From: Candidatus Cloacimonadota bacterium
GTDB taxonomy: Bacteria; Cloacimonadota; Cloacimonadia; Cloacimonadales; WRIO01
Assembly: GCA_029564175.1 (NCBI GenBank)
Contig: JAKQQL010000192.1
Location: forward strand, 1-64,000
Length of the DNA stretch: 64,000 nucleotides
Direction: 5' to 3'
Part shown: positions 1 through 8,877 of the stretch, piece by piece
Numbering within the stretch: the stretch's first letter is position 1
How the letters are laid out: every line of letters begins with the position of its first letter
The notes under the pieces: model-generated
The model's input: the letters and a program-made list of their open reading frames with translations, nothing else
Told to the model about the DNA's origin: nothing
Database searches by the model: none
Position numbers and translations under genes: made by a program

Positions 1-1493
1 AGAAACCAATCATAAATCACACTATATTGTTGAGCATGAGAATTCATTAGTTCTTTTTGCTCTTTTACATTAGACCAAATTGTTTTAATCTTGTCAAGAT
101 TATTTTTATTATTCTGTGGAATTTCTGATATAATGACTAATCCATTAATAATCTGAGCACAATTTTCAGTTAAAACAGAACATCTTGCGAAGACTTCACT
201 ATAATCGTATCTGTCAGTATCGTAGTAAGTTTCTATAAAATGCATGTACTGTTTCATTATAGATTCTGAGAAATCTAAATCAAAAAACAGGCAAATTCCC
301 CATATTGCACGCTTTATCTCGAAAAGTAATTCCTTTTGGGTAATTTTACGCTTAGTTAATGGAACCCAGTGAATACAATTGAAAGAATCAATCGCTGATT
401 TCCAATATCGAATATCAGGATTTAATGCAGGTAAAGGTAATCCTTCTAACACAGAATACGTTAACTCATACACAGAATCAGGGTGAATTTTCTGATAACA
501 ATTCCAATGGGGACATTCGTAAGAAAAACTGCATGGATGACATTCAATATTTGCCTGCAAAACAATTGCATCCATAGAATATGGACCTGTCTCCCACATC
601 GACACAGGGCCTAAAGAAAGGTTTATTACAGGTACTTTAGTACAGGCTGCAATATGCATAGGACCTGTATCGTTGCTAATAAAAAGGTCAGTATGAGAAA
701 TAGCAGAAATAAGTTGTTTGAGTTTAAATTTACCAATCCAGTTATGAAAATTGCGAAACTTTATGTCATTGAAATAATCTTTAATCTCTGTCTCTTTATA
801 TCCACCAAATAAGATTACATCATATTCAGGATTTTGGCAAAGCCTGATAACTAGTTTTTTAAAAGATTCAAGAGACCAACTTTTATTAGATTGACTTGCA
901 CCCACATGAAGACCTATTTTTTTGGAACGCTTATTGATAAAATCAGTTGTTAACAAATCTTCCATGTATAGATTGGATTCTGCATCAGGTTTCAGGGAAT
1001 AATCTTCGATGGAAAAATTACATTCACCGACACCTGAGAAAATATTCACAAGATTAAATAAATGATCCCCTAAATTGTGCTGATTAGCGAGTAAAAACGC
1101 TGACCAGTTCGACCGTACGCTTTGTTCACCCTCAGAATTAACAATCATTCCCCTTTTTTCTTTAGCCTGAATGAGTGAGCTTAGCCATGAAGACTGAATA
1201 GAAATGACTGGATTGATGATTATATCGTAATTTTTATTGTTTAAACAATCAATTTTATCATATAACTCTATAAAAGCACTCCATACATCATTTTGGATTT
1301 CATCAACCAATAATTTATCATTAAGACAAATAATTTCGGAGATTTCAGGAATATTATGTAATATATCTGAAAAGGAAGACATTGCAAGAAAATCTATCTC
1401 ACAAGTGACATATTTCTTTTTTAATCCACGGATAAGTCCTATTGATTGAATAATATCACCAAGACGCGTTAAATTAATAATTAAAATTTTCAC
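1..1493 (-). CDS. Glycosyltransferase family 9 (heptosyltransferase-like), runs off the window start
   Basis: Manual translation from GTG at 1493 gives MKILIINLTRLGDIIQSIG. The GT9 motifs HVGASQSIKSW and FISNDTGPMHIAAC follow. Absent from the ORF track because it is incomplete. Confidence 0.85.
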   Translation of the reverse strand, partial: MKILIINLTRLGDIIQSIGLIRGLKKKYVTCEIDFLAMSSFSDILHNIPEISEIICLNDKLLVDEIQNDVWSAFIELYDKIDCLNNKNYDIIINPVISIQSSWLSSLIQAKEKRGMIVNSEGEQSVRSNWSAFLLANQHNLGDHLFNLVNIFSGVGECNFSIEDYSLKPDAESNLYMEDLLTTDFINKRSKKIGLHVGASQSNKSWSLESFKKLVIRLCQNPEYDVILFGGYKETEIKDYFNDIKFRNFHNWIGKFKLKQLISAISHTDLFISNDTGPMHIAACTKVPVINLSLGPVSMWETGPYSMDAIVLQANIECHPCSFSYECPHWNCYQKIHPDSVYELTYSVLEGLPLPALNPDIRYWKSAIDSFNCIHWVPLTKRKITQKELLFEIKRAIWGICLFFDLDFSESIMKQYMHFIETYYDTDRYDYSEVFARCSVLTENCAQIINGLVIISEIPQNNKNNLDKIKTIWSNVKEQKELMNSHAQQYSVIYDWF

Positions 1494-1494
1494 C

Positions 1495-3198
1495 CTATTC
1501 ACCTCCCAAAAATGTCTCTAAGAGGGAAACTATGTTTTTATACCGGTTATTTTTAAAACTGGACTGTTTGATTTTCTGAATGATATGCTGTGTTGAGTTT
1601 CTCATAGCTGGTTTTATTCCGGCAATAAGATTTTCAAAGTCAGGGTCATTTATCTTTTTTACAACTTGTTTTAATTTATCCTGTTCGTTTTCTACACAAG
1701 ACCTGATAAACGGAGATTCACTAATGATTTGATCTAAGACCTGTTTCATCCGGTGAGAATAAGTATGATATTTTTTTACCTTTTGATATGCAGATAAAGC
1801 AATTTTTTTTCTAAGGCTTTCATGTCTTAAATAAAATTGAATTTTATCTATTGCCTCTTCAATTGTGGTAAAAACAACCAGATCTCTGTCTGGCACAAAA
1901 AATTCACGAATTGCTGGCGAGTCATCAACCAGCTGAAAGGCATTGCATGCCATAATTTCAAAAGTACGTGGATTAATAAAATCACCGTATGGATTTAAAA
2001 TATCATTCTCCATTGAAGAATGAAGATTGATGTTTATTTTAGTATTTTGATATATTTTTACACTTTGAGCAATACTGATTCTCTGATCTTTTAGTGGACA
2101 GAAGTTTTTAAACTGATCGAACTGATACCAGCCAGTTCCCCATAGTTTAAAATTCTGAGGTTTTAACTGGTTGAAAAATTGAACTCTGTTTACAAAAGCA
2201 GCACCCATAAATGATACATCAGAAGTGAAAAAAGAAGCATCTGAATTATCCAGAGAAGCATAGTCTGAAAAATTACAAGGTGCAGCCATAGGTAGAAATG
2301 GTGTTTTTGTGGTAACCATCTGTTTCAGTAATGATTCAAATTCACCTTTTTGGATTACATAAAAATAATCTACATATTTTGAGACATCCTGCCAGTAAGG
2401 AAATCGTCTGAAATCTTCAACAAACCAAAAAACAACCACTGTACCAGTTTGTCGAATCGCTTTTATCACTTCATTATCGATAGGTGCCTGAGCCAGACAA
2501 AATATGATATGCGGTTTGAACGATATAAATCGTTCCCATAATAAATTACTCATAAGGTTAGTGAGTTTTTGGGCCATTGTGCCCTGATATTGATTCATTT
2601 CAAGTATATATCTTAGTAATTTCTCAGCAATTTCATTATTCATATTCTGGACTGAACAGCCCAATTCTGAAAATGCTTTGCTTACATATTCTGCCGTAGT
2701 GAAAGATCCTCCGTAAACAGGAAAATTGACTAACACTCTTAACTCATCAGGCTGAACAGAATATTCAGATGATTTTATCATCATTTTATTTGAAATTTCT
2801 TTAAAAAAAGCTTCTTGCCAGCGATATTCAGATCTGAGAGAGAAAGAAATGTAATCAGAGATGTAGGGACATTCATCTATACTTTGGATTATTTTTACTT
2901 TCGCAAATAATTCAGTCAAATGAGGTTTATTTTTAGCCAGCTGTATCAATTCTGAAAAGGATTCAACAACATAGATTTGATTAAAATAATTCAGAAGAGG
3001 AAGAATATGATATCCAAATCCTAAGCCATAAACTACCAATGGTATATTTAAATTTGGTTTCTGTTCTAGTATGGTATTGGCAAGTTTTATTCCCTCTTCA
3101 ATGGGATGATATTTACTGTGGATATAAAAATCATTGATAATGGGTATTTCTGAATGATCTTTAGCTGTTTCGATTCGAATATCAATATTCATCTGCAT
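1495..3198 (-). CDS. CgeB/DUF3880-type glycosyltransferase with N-terminal Rossmann-like (HSKYHP...VYGLGFGYH) domain
   Basis: C-terminal motifs DVSFMG, KININLHSS, NPRTFEIMACNAFQLVD and HTYSHRM are typical of the CgeB/Glyco_trans_1_2 family. Confidence 0.75.
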   Translation of the reverse strand: MQMNIDIRIETAKDHSEIPIINDFYIHSKYHPIEEGIKLANTILEQKPNLNIPLVVYGLGFGYHILPLLNYFNQIYVVESFSELIQLAKNKPHLTELFAKVKIIQSIDECPYISDYISFSLRSEYRWQEAFFKEISNKMMIKSSEYSVQPDELRVLVNFPVYGGSFTTAEYVSKAFSELGCSVQNMNNEIAEKLLRYILEMNQYQGTMAQKLTNLMSNLLWERFISFKPHIIFCLAQAPIDNEVIKAIRQTGTVVVFWFVEDFRRFPYWQDVSKYVDYFYVIQKGEFESLLKQMVTTKTPFLPMAAPCNFSDYASLDNSDASFFTSDVSFMGAAFVNRVQFFNQLKPQNFKLWGTGWYQFDQFKNFCPLKDQRISIAQSVKIYQNTKININLHSSMENDILNPYGDFINPRTFEIMACNAFQLVDDSPAIREFFVPDRDLVVFTTIEEAIDKIQFYLRHESLRKKIALSAYQKVKKYHTYSHRMKQVLDQIISESPFIRSCVENEQDKLKQVVKKINDPDFENLIAGIKPAMRNSTQHIIQKIKQSSFKNNRYKNIVSLLETFLGGE

Positions 3199-3290
3199 AC
3201 CTTCCTGACATAAGGACTGAGAGAAAATACACCTAGTGATACCCTCTTATTTTTAAATCATCATGGTTAATTATCAAAGGGTATAAAAAA

Positions 3291-3366
3291 TGGAGCGGGT
3301 TACGGGATTCGAACCCGCGACCCTCAGCTTGGGAAGCTGATGCTCTACCGACTGAGCTAAGCCCGC
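3291..3366 (-). tRNA. tRNA-Gly (CCC)
   Basis: Reverse complement GCGGGCTTAGCTCAGTCGGTAGAGCATCAGCTTCCCAAGCTGAGGGTCGCGGGTTCGAATCCCGTAACCCGCTCCA folds as a cloverleaf with anticodon CCC, a TTCGAAT T-loop, U73 and an encoded CCA. Confidence 0.97.
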
Positions 3367-3435
3367 TTCTATAACACAATATATGTAAAGTAAAAAATGA
3401 CAATATTTTTTGTCAAGTAATTTATCTAACATGCT

Positions 3436-4977
3436 TTATTTTATAAATTCCACCATTTCCCATTTTTGAACATATTCTTTGAAACTGATATTCTGATTGT
3501 TTTCAAAAGTACTCATTATCGCTTCAATTCTGTCCAATGAATGGGAAAGACGACTGATATAAGTAGCATATTTATCATTTAAACCATGCTTTTCCAGTTC
3601 TTGTTTAAATTCATTTATTTTTTCTTTAATACTGTTCACGGGGATTGTCAATCTGTTTTTAGTTTTTATTGCCAGTGCCAGGGCTGTTTTCTTTTTTTCC
3701 AGTTCTATCTTTTCACGTGTTTCATGTTTTATAATTTCCATATCAAATCTGTTTTTTAAGGCAATTATTTTTTGCTGGGATTCATGATTATTATATTGTT
3801 TCCAGTGTTGATTTTTCATTTTGGCATACCTTAGGGCAGATGAATAATCACCATTAATAGCATTAAGTTTTTCTAAAATAGAATAAGATCTAGCAATAAC
3901 ACTGGGATTGGTATTAGATTGATCACTGAGAATGTTATTCACCAGAGATTGAGCTATATTTAACTGATTGGATGCCAGATAATAATCTGCCAAATCGAGA
4001 TAGCTTTCTTTAAGATGTAGAAGCAAATTGTATTTTTTACGGATTTCAAGTGCCTGAGAAAAATACTCTTTTGCTTTTTCCCAATCCTGTTTGTCGAAAT
4101 ATATTTTTCCTAATACGGAATAGGTGATTGCAAGATTATTGAAATTTGATGTTTTTTTTCGATATTCCAGAGATTGAAGAAAAAATAACATGGCATTTTC
4201 AATATCTGACATTTTTTGATAAACAAGACCAATATTATGCAGCACATCTGCCATTAAATCAAAATTAGAATACTCCAGCGCAATCTTTTGTGCTGTCAAG
4301 AAACACTCCAGCGCAATATCGTATTTACCCAGATAATTGTAAGTCAGCCCTAAAGAATTCTGACAAACAGAGTAAGCTGACAAATTCTTTACCTGAAGTG
4401 CTAAATTTGCCATATAAACATTGTATTCTATGCTTTTTTCATAATTATTAAAACTACTCTCAATGACTGCTAACCAGGAATAAACGCCCATCAATAAAGT
4501 TTTATCTGACTTAATATGCTCATTGTCAAGCAATTGGATCAGTATTTTATAAGCTTCAAGATATTTATCCATTCTTACCAGTAAAATCGAGTAATTCAGC
4601 TGAGTACGTGAATACATAGCATGATCGTTAAGTTCTGAATACAGCTTTAAACTTTGCTTATAATAATCGATTGCCAGGTCATTTTCAAATCTGCCTCTGT
4701 GAATGTTGGCAAAATTTACCAGCATATATGCTGTGAGTTCTTGTTTGTTGAGACTATTTGCAATTTCTTCGCATTTTTTCTTATTTGCTTCAAACATATT
4801 CGTATCACATAACACAAGGTTTATGACATTAAGTTTTAAATGCCATTCATTCAAAGAATCATTTTCAATACTGGAAAGAAACTCATGACATTTCACCTGA
4901 TATAATGCCTTATCTTTAAACATGATATAAACATCAGTACCCATAAATTTTTTAATTTCATCGTAAATGTTATTCAT
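3436..4977 (-). CDS. TPR-repeat protein with degenerate HisKA-like C-terminal helices
   Basis: Multiple TPRs (NSLGLTYNYLGKYDIAL, HNIGLVYQKM). Paralogous to the upstream gene, but the H-box equivalent (AIKTKNRLTIPV) lacks His. Confidence 0.75.
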   Translation of the reverse strand: MNNIYDEIKKFMGTDVYIMFKDKALYQVKCHEFLSSIENDSLNEWHLKLNVINLVLCDTNMFEANKKKCEEIANSLNKQELTAYMLVNFANIHRGRFENDLAIDYYKQSLKLYSELNDHAMYSRTQLNYSILLVRMDKYLEAYKILIQLLDNEHIKSDKTLLMGVYSWLAVIESSFNNYEKSIEYNVYMANLALQVKNLSAYSVCQNSLGLTYNYLGKYDIALECFLTAQKIALEYSNFDLMADVLHNIGLVYQKMSDIENAMLFFLQSLEYRKKTSNFNNLAITYSVLGKIYFDKQDWEKAKEYFSQALEIRKKYNLLLHLKESYLDLADYYLASNQLNIAQSLVNNILSDQSNTNPSVIARSYSILEKLNAINGDYSSALRYAKMKNQHWKQYNNHESQQKIIALKNRFDMEIIKHETREKIELEKKKTALALAIKTKNRLTIPVNSIKEKINEFKQELEKHGLNDKYATYISRLSHSLDRIEAIMSTFENNQNISFKEYVQKWEMVEFIK

Positions 4978-6550
4978 TAGAATCTGCCTTATACGATTTC
5001 ATTTTTAATATATTTTTTAAGTCAATATCAGAATGTTCGCGAAAATCACTCAATATGCTGTTAATGTTATCAATTGACATCTGGATTTGTTTAAGCGTTT
5101 CTGTATTCAACTGGGTTTGTTCTGCATCTGTGAGTGTTTGTATCAGATCAAGATTACCCTGTAAAATCATAAGTGGTTGATTGATCTGATGATTGGCTGT
5201 TACTGCCATAGCTAAAGCTCCATTTATTTTTTCCTGATTGGTTTGTTCTAAAGCATTTTTTTCAATTAAATCAATTTCAAACTTCTTTTCCATAACTAAT
5301 ATGTTTTTAGCGCCTTCTTCAGTATTAACCTTATTCAACTCATCAATATAAAGATTGTAAAATTCATACGCTTTTTGAGCATTATCCGTTTTTTCATAAT
5401 ATTCCGAGTAAAACAAATAAATTTCTGTCAGAAGAACAGATTCATTAAATTCTATTGCGAGATCTAAGGCTTTTTTCCCTGCAATCAAAGCTCTTTTAAA
5501 CTGATTGGCAATCAGCAGACAAGTGGCAATAGCGATATACGATTCCGACATCTTTTTTTGTAAGTTTGCTTTTTTTCTAATTTTAAGACTTTTGTTAAAA
5601 TATTTCAAGGCGGTTTCAGTTTGAAATAACGATGTATATAGATTTCCAATATTGTGGTATGTATTTGACAATTTATCTGGTGCAATAGATTTTTTTCTGA
5701 ATTCAATAGATTCAAAATACTTCTCAAGCGCTTTTTCTTTTTGGTTCATTTTATTGAAAGCTAAACCAAAATTATGAGCGACATCTGCCAGAACCAGGAA
5801 ACATTCATGCTCTTTGGCAATACTTTCTGCTTTTTCCAGATAAGAGATAGCCAGGTCAATTTTGTCATTTTTAATATAAATCAATCCGATTGAATTTAAA
5901 TTCACGGCATATTCATTGTATATTTTAAGATCAATATAGATATCATTCGATTCTAAAAAGTATTCGACCGCTTTATCAAAATTTGAATAATCACTTTCCA
6001 ATATTCCCAGCCAGGATAATATATTTCCTTTAATATCCCTTAATTCCTTTTCTATCGCCCAGTTTAGTCCTTCATTAAGGTATTGATATGCTTTGCCTGA
6101 ATCTCCTTTTTTAAGATAACTGACTCCAATATTTCTATAACATAGAGCTGTTTTGTCAAACTCATCCATCTCTTTAAACAGCTCAAGCGCAATTAAAAAA
6201 TGTTCAACGGCTTTATCATAGAAACAATAATTCCAGTTTAAAATCCCACATTGATTTTGGCAAAGAGCTAAGAGTCTGTGAGTGTTGTATTTTTGAGAAA
6301 TTTGGATGCCTTCATAAATCGTCTCCAGCGCTTTATCATACTGATTTATATTAGAGAGACAGATGCATTTCAGGATAATGAGATTAACCAGTTGCTCTGT
6401 ATATCCAAAGGACAAACAGTCATCTATCATTTCATTTATACTATTCAAATCATTTTCGTTAATAATCGACGATGTGTTCTTCAGCAAAGATATTTTTTCA
6501 ATTATCTTGTTTTTCAAAATGTCAGTATCCAATTTATCCTCCATAAGCAA
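4970..6550 (-). CDS. TPR-repeat protein with C-terminal HisKA-like (DHp) domain and no ATPase domain
   Basis: TPR repeats are followed by the H-box AMAVTANHQINQPLMILQGNL, and the protein ends about 55 aa later. The start may be the ATG at 6544. Confidence 0.75.
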   Translation of the reverse strand: MLMEDKLDTDILKNKIIEKISLLKNTSSIINENDLNSINEMIDDCLSFGYTEQLVNLIILKCICLSNINQYDKALETIYEGIQISQKYNTHRLLALCQNQCGILNWNYCFYDKAVEHFLIALELFKEMDEFDKTALCYRNIGVSYLKKGDSGKAYQYLNEGLNWAIEKELRDIKGNILSWLGILESDYSNFDKAVEYFLESNDIYIDLKIYNEYAVNLNSIGLIYIKNDKIDLAISYLEKAESIAKEHECFLVLADVAHNFGLAFNKMNQKEKALEKYFESIEFRKKSIAPDKLSNTYHNIGNLYTSLFQTETALKYFNKSLKIRKKANLQKKMSESYIAIATCLLIANQFKRALIAGKKALDLAIEFNESVLLTEIYLFYSEYYEKTDNAQKAYEFYNLYIDELNKVNTEEGAKNILVMEKKFEIDLIEKNALEQTNQEKINGALAMAVTANHQINQPLMILQGNLDLIQTLTDAEQTQLNTETLKQIQMSIDNINSILSDFREHSDIDLKNILKMKSYKADSNE

Positions 6551-6615
6551 TAATATAATGAAATTTTTTAAAAGTCAAGTCTTTTTTGAAAAACTTTTAA
6601 AACTATCTAACAGAA

Positions 6616-7184
6616 GAAACTACTCAGGTACTTGTTTACACAATAAATGTGTGTCTGCAAAATGTCAAAACGGTCAGAAGGGAGGGAAGTTTAATTATGA
6701 ATTATGAATGAATTTAAATTTCCTAACAGGATGGTCGTACTCAAATACTATTTTAGTGTATTTATATGTTGTTTCTTAGAATACATAGTGTGATTTATAA
6801 GAATGAACTTCGTGGTAATAAAATTCGGCCGCACACCCGAAAAACCCGTACTACAAGCATCTTGTTTGTAGCCTTTTCTGCAAACTGGAAGCAAGCATTA
6901 CGATTGCGGATTTACGGCGCTTCGCTTCGCAAATCCCTACAGGTGCTTTTCAATTTATGAGTCTGCAATAAAAACTCTGTTTTATGAGATATAGGTTCAC
7001 TTTAAGATGAAAATGATGTTTTAAAAATCCAGTAAAGTAGTTTAAAATACCATTTTTAAGCCTGCTTTTTCGTGTTTTTTGTGTATTTCGTGGTTTATGC
7101 GCTTTTTGTAGTGGACTCATTTATCATTTATTGCACAACATTTCTTACCGTTTTTAAAATAACAATCAGGACCTGAGTAGTTAC
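6616..7184. mobile_element. Putative non-autonomous MITE-like element
   Basis: Terminal IRs GAAACTACTCAGGT (6616-6629) and ACCTGAGTAGTTAC (7171-7184) match 13/14. Flanking near-duplication TAACAGAA (6608-6615) / TAACAAAA (7185-7192). The interior is a mosaic of short repeats with no credible CDS. Confidence 0.6.
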
Positions 7185-7274
7185 TAACAAAATAAAATCA
7201 CTTTTTGTTTTTTTTAGTTGACTTACTATCTTAATTATGCTATTAGTCTGAAAAATGAAGATATTGGAGGAAAA

Positions 7275-7742
7275 ATGAAAACGATCATGATGTTTCTATT
7301 GATGCTTGTCTTTTTATGCTCATGCTCACAGATGCCAAAGGCGCTGACAGATCAGCAAAAAAATGAGATTATCACAGAAATTCAGAAATTAGCTGATGAG
7401 TTATTAACTGACTCACAAAAACTCTCCACTGATGCCTTACAGAAATATCTAAGTGACAAAGAAGAGTTAACCTTTAAAATGGGTGGAAAACTTTTTAGTA
7501 AAACAGACTTGATTGAAGCAGTCAAAAAAGAATATATCACATTTAAAAGCCAAACGCTTACAGTACAAAATCAAAAAATAATTGTACTCTCTGATAAAGC
7601 TGTTTTATGGGTATCTGACATGCTAAGCAAGGCAATCGATCAAAGCGGAAAAGAAGGACAATCCGTCTTACATGAAACCTGGCTTTGGGAAAAAGAAAAT
7701 GGTACATGGAAAGTAACTCACTTTGACGAATACTGGTTTTAA
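7275..7742 (+). CDS. Lipoprotein with NTF2/SnoaL-like (DUF4440-like) domain
   Basis: GGAGG RBS before the ATG at 7275, lipobox-like FLCSC, and C-terminal TWLWEKENGTWKVTHFDE typical of NTF2-like folds. Confidence 0.7.
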   Translation: MKTIMMFLLMLVFLCSCSQMPKALTDQQKNEIITEIQKLADELLTDSQKLSTDALQKYLSDKEELTFKMGGKLFSKTDLIEAVKKEYITFKSQTLTVQNQKIIVLSDKAVLWVSDMLSKAIDQSGKEGQSVLHETWLWEKENGTWKVTHFDEYWF

Positions 7743-7768
7743 ACTCTAATTCTATCACAAATAGCTAC

Positions 7769-7824
7769 AAAAGACCTTTCAAGCAAAAAGTAGTAATTAT
7801 TTTTTGATCAAAGGTCTTTTTTTT
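7769..7824 (+). terminator. Probable intrinsic terminator
   Basis: AAAAGACCTTT...AAAGGTCTTTT inverted repeat followed by a T-run, after the lipoprotein gene. Confidence 0.55.
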
Positions 7825-7967
7825 AAGCAATATAATTTCAAAACATTCTTCTCCTATAAAGAGTCTAACATTCTAAAATTCTAATAGTTACAATATTTTT
7901 CTAATTTTAAATTGACATTTTATGCAATAAGACTTTTTTGTCACAAAATTTATTTTGGAGGTTTGTG

Positions 7968-8876
7968 ATGGAATCAATGCATTTTTCGAAATTGCTCAAT
8001 GAACACCAGATACAAATAAATATGACCAGCACTTCATTATCAGAAATCTGTGAAGAATTAATTGAAAATTTCTACAGACAATTTGAGCTTCCAATGTCAA
8101 AACAAGACATGTGTTTTTTTATTAATAAGAGATTAAAAGAAAACAATATGATCATAATCAATGATATCTGTTTTTGTCATATACGCTTTGAAAATTATGA
8201 TGATTTGTTAATTGGGATAGGGATTCCTGCAAAAGTCATAAATATAGAAAATCAAGACGTAAGGATTGTTTTCTTTGTTGTAACAGGATACTCGCATAAT
8301 TCATTATACCTTCATCTTTTACAAACTATCGCAAAAATTTCTAAAAATGATCAGCTCAGAGAAAAGTTAATTCATGCAAAAAATGCAAAGGATTTTATTG
8401 CGACTATTTCTGCTTCTGATTTTTCTTTATCAAAGAGTTTGGATGTTGGCGACTTGATGTGTAAAAATGTATTTTTTGTCAATCAGGACAGTTCATTAAG
8501 AGAATTGGGAAATCTCTTTTATGAAAAAAATTACGGATATTGTCCGGTTACTGATGATAATGACAATGTAATTGGTGAAGTAACAGTTTTAGATTTAATC
8601 TTAGCCGGATTCCCTGAATATACGAAGTATTTTGAAACAATGAATTTTCTTCATTCATTTGAGCCACTGGAGAGATTGTTAAATGTAGAATCTACCTTGA
8701 GAGTAAAAGATATTATGAAAAAATTGGAGTGTAAATTAAAACCCCGAGATGCAATAATTGAATCTATCTTCCTAATGAACAGATATAAAAGAAGGGATAT
8801 TCCGGTAGTTGAAAATAATAAAATAATTGGCATCATCAGTTTTATGGATATTTTTAGAAAGATAATAAGAGGATAA
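7968..8876 (+). CDS. PTS EIIA(Ntr/Fru)-like domain fused to a CBS pair
   Basis: EIIA-2 features (ICFCHIR, VRIVFFVV, YLHLLQTIAKI) followed by CBS motifs (VGDLMCKNV, CPVTDD, IPVVENNKIIGIISFMDI). GGAGG RBS at about 7957. Confidence 0.8.
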   Translation: MESMHFSKLLNEHQIQINMTSTSLSEICEELIENFYRQFELPMSKQDMCFFINKRLKENNMIIINDICFCHIRFENYDDLLIGIGIPAKVINIENQDVRIVFFVVTGYSHNSLYLHLLQTIAKISKNDQLREKLIHAKNAKDFIATISASDFSLSKSLDVGDLMCKNVFFVNQDSSLRELGNLFYEKNYGYCPVTDDNDNVIGEVTVLDLILAGFPEYTKYFETMNFLHSFEPLERLLNVESTLRVKDIMKKLECKLKPRDAIIESIFLMNRYKRRDIPVVENNKIIGIISFMDIFRKIIRG

Positions 8877-8877
8877 C

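Noticed and set aside
6278..6960. ORFs 6278-6553, 6363-6707 and 6766-6960
   Set aside because: They are antisense to the TPR gene or lie inside the repeat mosaic, with no RBS or recognisable domain.
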